NCBI GenBank assembly: GCA_030704615.1
Contig: CM060732.1
Location: 71,052,001 to 71,116,000 of the forward strand
Direction: 5' to 3'
DNA length: 64,000 bases
From: Takakia lepidozioides
Lineage: Eukaryota; Plantae; Bryophyta
Under the pieces are notes generated by a model. That model ran no database searches. It was given only the letters and a program-made list of their open reading frames with translations, and was not told the DNA's origin. The position numbers and the translations under genes were made by a program. This document shows, piece by piece, positions 48,600 to 60,236 of the stretch (the stretch's first letter is position 1; each line of letters begins with the position of its first letter).

Positions 48600-49052
48600 T
48601 ACATTTAAAAGTTCAAAACAACCCCTCATATGACACCACGTGTCCATATATTAGCATGTCATAGTCAAGATCATGACTGCAAGACCTCCTCAATACATGC
48701 CACGTGTCCATATATCATGATGTGTGTAGTCAGAACAATGACTGTAAGACCTCTCATTATATGCCACGTGTCCAGATATTAGCATGGTTATAGTCAGGAT
48801 GATGACTGCAGATCCTCCTCTTAGATATGTCACGTGGCAGTTTCGGGAGACGTCATATGGCGCACATCCACTGCCATATGAAAGTGAGATGTATCACTTG
48901 GTTCATCTGACTGTAGTTATCCATGACCGACCATACTGTACTCATTGTATTCACTTGGTTTCCACGACTTAAAGTCATTACAGTCATATGTACCGTTTAT
49001 GACTACGGGATAGTCATATATACAGTCATATATACCGCAATCTGTTGTAGTG
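48600..49052. mobile_element. CACTA transposon end with ~65-bp subterminal repeats
   Basis: Ends ATCTGTTGTAGTG (49040-49052). Contains 3-4 CCACGTGTCCA..TAGTCA..ATGACTG repeats and cuts the ORF to its right. Confidence 0.75.
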
Positions 49053-51322
49053 GAGGTAGACTCCTTGAAGAAGAATGTACTTTGTGGAACCCCCACCGTA
49101 CCGCACGTAAGAAACAAGATTTGCTGAGGAAGCTTGGGTTGAGAAGAACACGAATACGTTTGAAAAGACATTGTGCTTCTTAAAGGCAGACAGTATGGTG
49201 GTGTAGTCATTCCTCTCAAACACAAGATCCTTTCTGTCTCCAATTGTGTTCACAAAGACCATACCAATGTTTTGAAATTTCTTCTTGCTGAAGAATGAAA
49301 GACGGCTGGCACCGTTCAAGAACCTCCTCTTTGCACCCAGCATGACATAGCGGTCCTTAAATGATCGTGTCAATTCGTCGTTGTAGGTCGCCCTCTCCTC
49401 AATTTTCTTCTTCCAAGACAGTACATAGCTCCGGAATGGCTCCGGGATTGAGGGTGTCACCTTGTTCATATTGGCCTTGTCTGCCAGATATTCCGCCGTT
49501 GTTTTGGACTGCATGGCTTTAAAAATTGTCTTAGTGATTTTGAGGTCATATTTCACCTTTGTCCATTCCTCCTTTGTGTACGGTTCTGGATTGCTTTTGG
49601 ACCGCTCTGCTCCTCTGATGATGTCATCAACCACAAACCTCCGTGTTTTTATGTAATCAATGTAGTCATTCATGCTCCTCAAGATTCGATCCTTACCCTT
49701 ATATGGATTTCTAATGCTCACCCTCAAGTCCAGGATCCTCTGTGCCACCTTCTTGATCTGTCGCTGGTTAAGCCTTTGAAGCTTTTGGATAGCTGACTTG
49801 GTCAATGAAACCTGTTCAGAGTTGCATACAATCCCCATAGTATCAATGAGCTCTCCCTTATCCCACTTTCGAAACACAGTCTCCCACAACTCCCAGACGT
49901 CCTCATCAGCATGGACCAATGCCAACGCTTCTTTCAAGGAGCGTCTTCTCCAGTATAACCAGTGCCGCTTGCATAAACTCCTGGGATAAAAAGCACAATT
50001 ATTTTCAGACCCAACAAATTATCGGTGAGGAAATTCCAAAACCCCTATTTAGATACTAGTATGTACATAAATGAAGAAAAATACTATTAGAAGAATGTTT
50101 ACCTTCCACAAGCCAGTCTCATTCTTTTTTGCATTATCATTATATTTCGGTAGCTTCCCAATTGATGCATAAAAGCTTTTCCGGTGACCCAATTTTTCGC
50201 TAAAAGTTGTGTCAAAATTCTGTGCTTTGTTCGGATCATTTATAAGCTTGGAGAGCTTCATCAGTTGCAAGTGCTCTTTTGACCACACAATCTTGGCCGC
50301 CATTCTCCAAAGTAGTTTGCGAGTTGCTCGTCTGTATCCAAATCCTCAACAAGTTCCTACAGACACAGTTCCATGTTGTAACATTGATGTCGACATTCAA
50401 TTAACTCGACGGTATCCTACTTCATTCTTATAGACGTCCATAGCATATAACGTCGACATGAATGTTGAGGTTCTAGACCAATTTCAAATCTATTTATTGA
50501 ATTATAGAGTCAAGAGACATAGATCTGGTTAGCGAGTATATTGGCAGCCACGATCGTATGTTGCCTTCCGATAATGAAAATTTTCATCGAAGCATCGTCG
50601 ATCTCCGCTGATCTCGTTGGTATCTTCTCACACACGTCATCCTCCTTCTCTAGATCAATTGGAGTGAGGTATACTGGATGTTGGGCATCCAGATGTCGGA
50701 GCTGCAGGAGTCTGGTTTTGACCTCATCTTTGTGCTTGAGGTTCAAAGGTCGGTAAACCATATGTTTAGGAGCAAGATTCATTCGCGATATCGGTATTTT
50801 CAAAGTTCTACTAAAACCGAATGGAAACATGTCTCCGTAGTATTCTACTAGATTTTTTGTCAGTTCTATTGACTTATCCTTGTCATAAATGTCAGCTGTC
50901 TTGGGTCTCTTTATGTCGGGAGCAAGGATTGGATCAATGGATTTCTTTGGTTTCCGCTTCTTTGAGGATGATCCAGCACCTTCCTGATCCTGTTCTGTTA
51001 CTGATGACCCTGCCGTAGACTTACGTCTTCGTCTTGCTGGTGTTTCCGTTCTTTGTTCCATGTTTTCATTACCGGCTGCAAACAATGTATCCTGAAAATA
51101 GCCCCAGGAGCGGATAAATGTTTTGTAATCCTGACCGATGTTGTTGTCTTCATTGAACTTGATTTTATTTTTTATTGATTGTTTCGTAGAGACAGAATTT
51201 CCAGATGCTACGTACCCGAATATTTTTGGCATCCTTCCATCCTCAGCAATAAAGATCACCAGCATTGGAGACTGCATGTTCGTCCGGGTTTCCACTTCTT
51301 GCGTACTTGAGCTCTGTAACAT
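49053..51322 (-). pseudogene. Second, divergent ParB/Srx-like multi-exon gene remnant, truncated by the CACTA end
   Basis: TLKIPISRM..MVYRPLN...VYLTPI...IFIIGRQHTIVAA parallels RLKIPLCRM..VVRPPL...VFYV...FHVWDGNHRLLA of the 1876 gene. Segments at 50510-51322, ~50103-50355 and 49053-49981, with frameshifts. Confidence 0.6.
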
Positions 51323-52038
51323 TGCTTCTCACCTTGTACTGAAACCGGAGCTTGTGATCTGGAGGTTCCCCAGCGACTTCAATGCCTCATTCTTTTATAC
51401 TGCTCTTCAGTTTGTATATAGCTACATGCTCGGTCTTGTATCCCGGGTATCTGACAAATAAGAAATCCTCACAAATGTCTGCAGACATTCCGGGTTGGCA
51501 GTCTTCGGGGGCCTGAAAACTGCAAAAGCCATATGTCCAATATTTGATCAGGAAAACACCTCGACATTAATGTCGACGTTAGAAAATGTTTATGATGTGA
51601 CCATGATATTTAATCACACTATCTTTTCCATATACAATGAAGGACAAACCAAATCCCACAAGGTTTGTAAGCTTAAACACATTGAAAAATCTTTGTAAAT
51701 ATCCATATTTTATTCACATCAGAGAGCAACTGAGATTTACAACACATTCCTCAACAATGAGACAACATTACTCAAATGTCCAGAGATCAGTGTCTTCATC
51801 ACAATAGATTCGGCCTAACCAAATAGGTTCCAAAAGATGACTCTTCTTTTGATCTTGACCTTGAGTTCCCGACAGCCCAAGAATCTCGACACAGACGTTG
51901 TCCATGGGTAGCTCATATTGTCCTGAACATGATCCTCCTCTTCATGAGAGTCTTCCTCACTTGAGTCATCCCCACTAGACGACAAAGTTGAAACGGTAGC
52001 TTGTGGTCTGCTGGGACCGACCTAGTTGCAATTCTTTG

Positions 52039-52554
52039 CTACTCACTTTCATATCCCGTGGTACTGGCAAATCTGTGACTTTTGTGGTCTACATTTTTTT
52101 TAGCTCCATCACTGAGCTTCATTTTCTTCACTGGCACAACGAGGCCGGGGCCCAGCAGGCCGGCTTCAGTGTAATAACGTTGCCGCACTTCCTCAGCAGA
52201 CCGAGCGACGGCATGCGCACCCCTACATTTTGCAGTGATTTCTTTTGCGGCCTTAGACGAACTTGGCTTGGGCCAAGGCTTGAAGTTCTCAGGGACCATA
52301 CCTTTGCATCCTCCATCAAGGGCATGGCAGTTTAGAGTCTCTTTGTCTTTAACAATATCGGGGCAAAAGGGGCACTGAAACCGATCATTTGGCCAGTTTT
52401 CTTTCTCCTTCGCTACGCGCAAGTCCAAAAATGCTTCTACTACTTTAGCATCGTACTCACTTGGCTCATACCAGTACCTTCTCTTGGCTTTGTGGCGAGG
52501 GGCATGCACATATTCCACCCAATCGGCTCTGCCCTTTGGGCAAGCTTCTTCCAT
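52039..52554 (-). CDS. Hypothetical 171-aa basic protein with a possible C2HC zinc finger
   Basis: ATG-initiated ORF with FQCPFC-X11-H-X5-C; probably transposon cargo. Confidence 0.45.
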   Translation of the reverse strand: MEEACPKGRADWVEYVHAPRHKAKRRYWYEPSEYDAKVVEAFLDLRVAKEKENWPNDRFQCPFCPDIVKDKETLNCHALDGGCKGMVPENFKPWPKPSSSKAAKEITAKCRGAHAVARSAEEVRQRYYTEAGLLGPGLVVPVKKMKLSDGAKKNVDHKSHRFASTTGYESE

Positions 52555-52984
52555 GGCTGCAACCCAAGGAGGAATTGTGTTAGAGACGGTTTGCTAAATG
52601 CAAATGAAGAAGAGCAAGCAAAAAAAGAAATGAAGGTCTGGTAGTGAAGAAGTCTGGTGAAGTTGATACCTTTGCACTTCGGCAACGACGGGCACGCGGC
52701 GCGGCCTTTGAAGAGCGGGCGGGCGGGCGCTACAAACGAATCGTTGAGTCGAAGAGGCAGAAACCGCAAAGCACAACACAGCGTGCAGTCGCAAAGTGGA
52801 GAGACGCGAAAGACACAAGAGGAGGAAGAGGCGAGGACCCCAACGTAACGGTTCACTGCTAAGCGTGACAGGAGCACGCGTGCGACCGCCGATGCCATGC
52901 ACGTCAGTCATTGGACTGCCGTCGAAACATCAAACTGACAATAATGGCCACCGCCAAGGACTTCCATGGTCTGCCCTAAGTCTC

Positions 52985-53036
52985 GGCCAAAAGGGTCGGC
53001 CAAAAGGGTCTGCCAAAAGGGTCCGCCAAAAGGGTC
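52985..53036. repeat. 4 x 13-bp direct repeat (NGCCAAAAGGGTC)
   Basis: Units at 52985, 52998, 53011 and 53024. Confidence 0.9.
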
Positions 53037-53914
53037 TGTGGCACTGGTTTGTCGCATTCGTGCGGCAAAGATTGTGTGCACTCGGTCTGCCGTCGGGGTC
53101 TGACCAGAGTTCTCCAGGCTGCTCTGTTGGTTCGGTCTTCTTGTCTGGACTGGCATGGTGCACTCTTCTCTTCTCCTGCTCTGCCCATCCGGTCTGCCCT
53201 CTGTCTGCAGTGTGTCCCCACCCGTTTCACCATTTCAATGGTCCCCCGACTGGGTCTCTGCATCCCCGCACTGTCATGGTAACACTTGGAAGGTCCATTG
53301 GTTTGTTGCACAAAAAATTCCGCCACACATGCCCATTTTGTCCTGCATCGATGGGTCCACCTGCAAACAACATCCAAGAGACGGAACTCGGGAGGAAATC
53401 GGAATTTTATATAGCCAACCATACACATATGCTTCCGCTATTTTTGCAATGCCATTCCACACATGCTATATGGAGGACAAGCCTCGAACAAGACAGTGTG
53501 ACAAGGGAAAGGCCGATTCTCAATTGTTGTCCGCTAAAATGAGTCGTACTTGTTAGCAAAGACCTAAATACTTCTAATCAAGTCTGCATTGTAAACTCAA
53601 TGTAACTCACTTCCCCGCGCTCAAACAGTCCCACGAATAAACGAACAACAAAGCAAAAATAGTAGAAGCATATGATCAAAAGAGGCTGTGGCTTGAAACG
53701 ATGGACTCCGACGTTGCCAGAGAGTCCATGGAGTCATGCAAAGGGATTTGGGCTGGGCGGCATGCAGGCAGGGCCGCGGGCGGCTGCGGGGCTGCGACCG
53801 CGGTGCGCGGCTGGCAGCAGGTGGCGGGGAGGGCGACCCCGCGTCCGTGCGCCCTGTCCCACACGCGCGACATAAACTCCCAATTATTCAAAAATGAGAG
53901 GCCAAAGCAATAGA

Positions 53915-55186
53915 CGTCTATAATCCATTGTGTCCTTCATACGGCAAACCCCCTCTTGATGCCAATAAAACTGCGGGTGTATATACACTTGTGCGCTTGA
54001 AACCCAACAAACTAATAGAATCGTGTGGAGGCATTTATAACATCCAAGATGATTTTGTAAATGGAGTTGAAGTGATTTTCAAATACGGCGCAACTTCATC
54101 ATCATACCCGCTAGTTTGGATATAATTTTCTAATGAACAAATAGGAAATGAAATATGAGCTTCTTATTCATACGTATACCAAAACAACAATGACATATGC
54201 AAATCTTGGACTCCAATTGCAGCCAAAACTAAAGAAATTCAATTCACAGATAATCTTGATCACGTAATAACTTGTAATGCAGCTCGCAGCAGCACGTACT
54301 ATATACAGAGCACAGGGACTGACCATGGATCATCTCGCATTTGACCCAACAAACGTGAACATGAACGGATTGACGTAGACAGCTTAATGGTGCATAAAAG
54401 AACGACAAAATTTATATTTCCTAGCTCCATTATAGAACAAAAATTTCCATGTGGATAATATGATATGTGAAGAAATAAAGAGACTTCAAACGACTGCAAG
54501 ATGGAAACTATCCACACCAAATTTGCAACCACTATATCGCACACATGTAATCATTCAATCGTTAAATATTCGTTCAATGCACAATCATTATGGACGATTA
54601 CAACCTACGAACATATCATATATTATGCTTAAATGAAACGCGTTTACATCCAAATAATCAAAATTGGTCATTATATGTACCTAACAATCGCTTCTCAAGA
54701 CTATCGTGTTATGACGGACACGGAATAACCATTCTATGTGATAAAATCACCTCGCTTCAAAATTACGAAATCCAAACACACAACAGTGCAAAATTCATTG
54801 CGGAATCTTTCAAAACAAATTTCCACAGAGCCATACATGTCATTGCAATATGTAAATCTCCTTTGCTTTCTCTTCACAATATTTTACAAAATTCGCAAAA
54901 TTTATATGATCGAACATCGAAAAATTGTCCAATGATCGGAGATTTTTAATATCAATCTTCACAAACCCAACAGAGAATCTGACTCACTTCACTCATTCAT
55001 GAAAAACTACAATTTTCATCTTGCATTCAGTGAACCTACGACATACTATAATTCTCAATTAGATCATATATGGATTAATTCACCTATATGTCTGGAACAA
55101 AAGAAGCATATTGGACCGACCACAAACCCATTTACCTAGCATTCAAACTTCCAAATTATGTCAATTATTTTACAACCGATTTGTAA
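53915..55186 (+). mobile_element. Helitron-like (Helentron/HLE2-type) remnant: PIF1 helicase C-terminus fused to an AP-type (EEP) endonuclease
   Basis: QLAAARTIYRAQGLTMD (PIF1 motif V, 54280-54330), then SLNIRS, ILCLNET, IGDF-N, SQLDHIW and WTDHKPI (EEP motifs in order). AT-rich, with several stops and frameshifts. Confidence 0.8.
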
Positions 55187-55807
55187 CTACTTGCACGCAT
55201 TCTATGCATTTATTTTTATCCAACTATAACATCATGACATTCTAATGTAGATATTCTATAAAATAATTCTATATCAATAAAACAAATATTCATGGCAATT
55301 CACAATCATAACCACCAAATAGTTAGCAGTTGCATAGTGCACCTCAAGTGAACATGGGCTCAAATCCTGCTACCTTGATTGGGTGGTATTAAATTCTCCT
55401 CCTTTGTGGATTGTGCCTTTCAGCCTCACACCAAGTTATTTGGAAAGAGTTGAGTTTTTCCTCTCACTGTACTTAATATGCAGCTTATGGTTTGCCTGGA
55501 GGTCTTAATTTTTGTCCTCCTAATTTTTTTTCTCCTAATAATCCCAAATAAAGTTTTCAGGGGCACCTCGAGTCCCCCAGTCATTAAAAAAAAAAAAAAA
55601 AACTCAAAATCAAATCCAAAAAAGTTCTTTCTAGAAAAAATAAAAAATAAAAAATAAAAAATCCAAAAGACTAGGGCAGGGCTTTGTTCTCCCTCTCCCC
55701 CCTTCTCTCTCTGTGTCTCTGTCTTTCTGTCTCTGTCTCGATTCTGAGGAGACATTTGGTGGAATTAGTTAGGACGAAGAAGAAGAGAGGAAGAGCAGCA
55801 GGGAAGG

Positions 55808-57569
55808 ATGTTCAGAAACCAGTATGACACTGACGTGACCACATGGAGTCCCGCAGGGAGGCTGCATCAAGTGGAGTATGCCATGGAGGCCGTGAAGCAA
55901 GGGAGCGCTGCTGTGGGCGTGCGATCCAAGACCCATGTGATTCTGGCCACAGTCAACAAGGCGGCATCGGAGCTTTCTTCTCATCAGAAGAAGCTTTTCA
56001 AGATTGATAGTCATATTGGCATTGCCATGGCAGGGCTTACTGCGGATGGTCGTGTGCTGTCTCGTTACATGCGATCCGAGTGTATCAACCATAAGTTTGT
56101 GTACGAGGCGCCCTTGGCAGTGGGGCGCTTGGTGGTGCAAGTGGCAGACAAAGCCCAGGTTTTGGATCTCTCTCTCCTTCTCCCTGCGCTAAACACGGAT
56201 TCATATCACTTTTCAGTATGTCACTACCAGTAGTCACTCTGAATCCCTGGGACTGTCTGGTCGCGAGGTCTGCTTGATAGCTGTGGCAATTTGGGGCTGA
56301 TTCACATACCCTGGTAGGTGACATTCCCGCGATTGGTCCTCGAACAGTTAGCATTCTGCTGGGAGTATACTCGCAACCTACACTCCAGCCAACGATAAAT
56401 CACTGTCAGGATGACCTACCGGAACGTCCTCTGTGTATTAATTGGCTTTTTGTGGCCTGTCAAAAATCTGGGTGGAGTGGGTTGGGTTGCTGGCCATAAG
56501 GAGGAGTGGTGGAATATGAATCTTGGTTTATGTCCTGTCTGATCGATCGGTTGTGCACTTGGGTGGAGTGTAAATGCACTGCATCGAGCACGATACAATT
56601 CTCTGTGATGAAATAGGGTTCAGCGGAACTCAAAGGCACAAGCTAGTGACTGCATCTTTTCACGTTTTAGGGCCTGGTTACACATCCGCAAAATTTCAGC
56701 CCTAACTGACATGTTGAAATGCAAGTGGTGGAAATTTTCATTCTTGCATGGATGACACTTTATACGAGGCTAAAATGTGCCTTTGCCATGTGAAATGTTT
56801 GTGATATATTGGTCAGTCATGTGCAGCCCAGGCCCCAAACCTATTGGGGTTGCCCATGAATTTGGGAATCAGAGTGGCAAGGCCTTTGGTGCAAGAGTTA
56901 TGCATGTGCAAAATGTAGTGAACTGAAGGACTGTGCTTACCCCTTTTCTGTTTCCATGTCTTCTGTGCATTCTCCTTCTTCTTAATTCATAGGGAGCATG
57001 TGGTATCTAGATCCTCTAGTCCAAACAGGAAATATTGTACAGCTCGTTATCATCTTTTCTGGTGAGTGCAGGTGTCAACGCAACGTTCATGGAAGCGACC
57101 CTATGGAGTTGGGTTGCTGGTTGCAGGGTTGGATGAAGTAGGGCCACATCTCTATCAGAACTGCCCTTCTGGCAACTACTTTGAGTATCAGGCTTTTGCC
57201 ATTGGGTCCCGTTCACAAGCTGCAAAGACTTATCTCGAGCGCAAATTTGAGAGCTTCATGGAGTGCTCCAAGGACGAGCTAATGCGCCATGTTCTGCTTG
57301 CTGTGAAAGAGTCATTGCAAGAAGAGGAATTAACCCACAGTAACTGTGGAGTTGCTATCGTAGGAATTGATGAACCCTTTGTTATTCTGGATCCTAAGAC
57401 ACTACAGGCTTACATTGATGCGTTGGATGACACCAAAGATGAGCAAAGTGCAAGGGAAGAGGTAGAGACAGAGGAGAGACAGGGTGCGAGTATCCGACAG
57501 GATAGTGGAGGCTCGAGAGGTATTGCGGTGGGGGCTGGTGATGATGGGCCAACAGACATGGAGACTTGA
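55808..57569 (+). CDS. PAF1: 20S proteasome subunit alpha type-1 (alpha-6), 282 aa, 2 exons
   Basis: [33 protein letters not shown] signature. Exons 55808-56158 and 57072-57569 join as DKAQ|[16 protein letters not shown]. Confidence 0.97.
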
Positions 57570-60236
57570 GTTTGGGTGCTGCCAAGTAGCTGTTCCACGA
57601 TTTCAAGAGACACAGAAGATGCTAGTTCAAATGTGGGGGGATGGAAAAGGGAAGTAGGGAAGGCACAGTAGGTTTATTACCCGTGTTTGCGGGAACACCT
57701 CGTCTTCCTTTTGGAGTTGGCGAAGGGATACAGTTCAACATCTCCCAAGTATGCTGTGTGAGCTCGGGTCATAATTTTCATCTTACTTGTTGCAAGGTCA
57801 TTTCCCAGCTTCATTTTGGTGGCCAATCTACCAAATCAATTTTACCCATTCATTTTGTCAATAACTTAGTCGGAACTGAGGGGGGTCGCACTAGACTCTT
57901 GGTACAAATCAAAATGCAAAGAAGGATTACCTCCTGACAGTGGAAGTGGGCCATTTGATATCTTACATTTTGTGCTCTCCTGTGAACTGCATGGGTGTAG
58001 TTGTTTTGGTCGCTATAATCCTGAAGTTCCTCATAAGGCTTGATTCTGAAGGTTACATGGTTCTTCGAGTGTCAGCTTCGTGCTGTTGCCTGTTGTTGGT
58101 TAGTCAGTAACGATGTACTCAATTGTATATAGCTTCACCATTAGACTTTGTAGACATGCGCCCTTAAACCCTTGTGGGATGTAACATTTAACCCTTGCAG
58201 CTTGGTGCAATCTCAATTTAATGCCTCTCTTTGCATGGAGCGTATACTCTGATGTGGAACACCAACATTGGCCAATGGGCCTATGCTTGTATTCTTGTGC
58301 TCATGAAAGTGACCTGTTGCACTTTGGTGTGACACTTTCCTTGGTGGGAGTGTGAGGCATGTTGATTGGATTGGTCTCCCATTGATAGATATGCAGCCAC
58401 ATTAGATCTCACTGGGAAGGGCAGCGAGTCTTGAGATTACTCAAACCCAACTGAGTAGAGCATTGACAGGTTCTTCTCCCGCCCACTCCTGCTGGGTGAA
58501 ATTTAGGTTGCGGAGTAAAATACTTTGAACTCCTTGGTTGACCTATCAGTACTCCCTGGGTATCGGTAATGAAGCTTTTACTTGGCTGCCTAACTGTTGA
58601 AGCAAGGAAGGATAGACGATGTCCCTGGTGCAATGCAGTTGAGTATCACCCTTGCACGCTCCAGCTCCTCATGGCAGGAGGGAAAGAGAGATTTAAGTCA
58701 GGCCTATAAATTGCTTTCATAACAGTAAATGGTGTCTTGCAAAGTCCCTGAAAGTGGACCGAAGGAGAATATTTCAGAAGTACTACTAAAGGGTATCGCT
58801 TGTTACTCAAGTTTTTGTGGAGTGGGCCATTTGATATCTTATCAGCTGTAACTACTACCTGTGACTGTGGGCACTGAATGATTTGCTGCAAGAGAGCATT
58901 GCCTGTGTTGCACTCCCCTGTCACAGCTGTGGAACATCTTTTCCGTGGAGGGAACCAGATCAATCCACAGGTCGATATAAATTTGTTAGCGTGGAAGGCA
59001 AAAGACAAACGATTCACCGTTACCAAGTAGCTGGCCATGGCTGATACGAACATGAGGAAAGGGGGCCTAGCCAGCATGAACATACTTTGGCGTGAGGAAT
59101 CACTGTTACTTCTGTTGCAACTTGTGGACATATTGAGCAAGTTTGATGTATGCTAAAGACAAAATAATGTGGACCTGCTTCAGTGCAAGTTCTGGGCTGA
59201 TTCAAAAAGTGTAATACTAGCTTTGACAACAACCAGAAGGATTGCTTCAGGAAGGTTTCAATATGGTTACAATTTTGTGTCATATCATAGCACCATATTC
59301 TCCAGTAGCACAGGTGCAGCACTGCAGGAGCCGTGCACAATGATGGATGATTTCTGGTCTCTCTGTGTCATGCACTCCTAAACATTTACAAAGCACTAAC
59401 AGATAAGTGATGTGAGATGACTCTTGATAAAGTGTACCCTCTGACACGTGAAACTCACTATAGTTCTGCATAGCATAGTTCAAAGAGGGATGCGCAATAA
59501 GCACACAATATCGAAGCATCAATGGAAGAGGAGGTTCTCCACTGCCACAACCTGAAGCAATCCTGAATGATCAGATGAACTGATACCATGGGGCACCTCT
59601 TGACTGACAGCCAGTAGGACCCATTTTACATGTCTTCTGCACAACAGCGACCCCTGAAAACGTAAATGACCCTATCTACATCCTATTGTAGTTACTGCCC
59701 CCAATCACCAATCAATTATTTAAATCTTTCTAAAAGGACGACATACCTCTCCCGACAAAGTGGGAATGCTGGTCTTTCATGTAGTCTTCATGATTTTGCC
59801 CACATGATGGCAGCCACATTCCCCAAAAGAAAGAGTAACATTTGCAAAAGGCTGGCAAACCCACATTTCACCAATGCCCCGTCCATATTCTTCCATGTGG
59901 CACTCAAGAATGCAGATACATTGCATCAACATTCTCACTACCTTCTCCATGCACTTGACCAAAGAATGCAAAGTTTGTGCTGATAAATCATTTCCACCAT
60001 GACTAAATTGTCCTGCCACTGACAATAGATCCACATGCAATTTCTTCTAACACCAGTCCACGAATTACCCAATGCTTCCATCGGCAGTCAGGTAGGAATG
60101 ATTATTCCTACATTGCCCTTTGTATGAGAGGCATGGAAGAATGGTAGATCCCGTGTCTTCAATGGTCGCAATGCAATACATATAAGAAGTGAAGTCACAA
60201 GGTGTTGCTTCTCCACCATGGCTTAAGCATTGCCTT

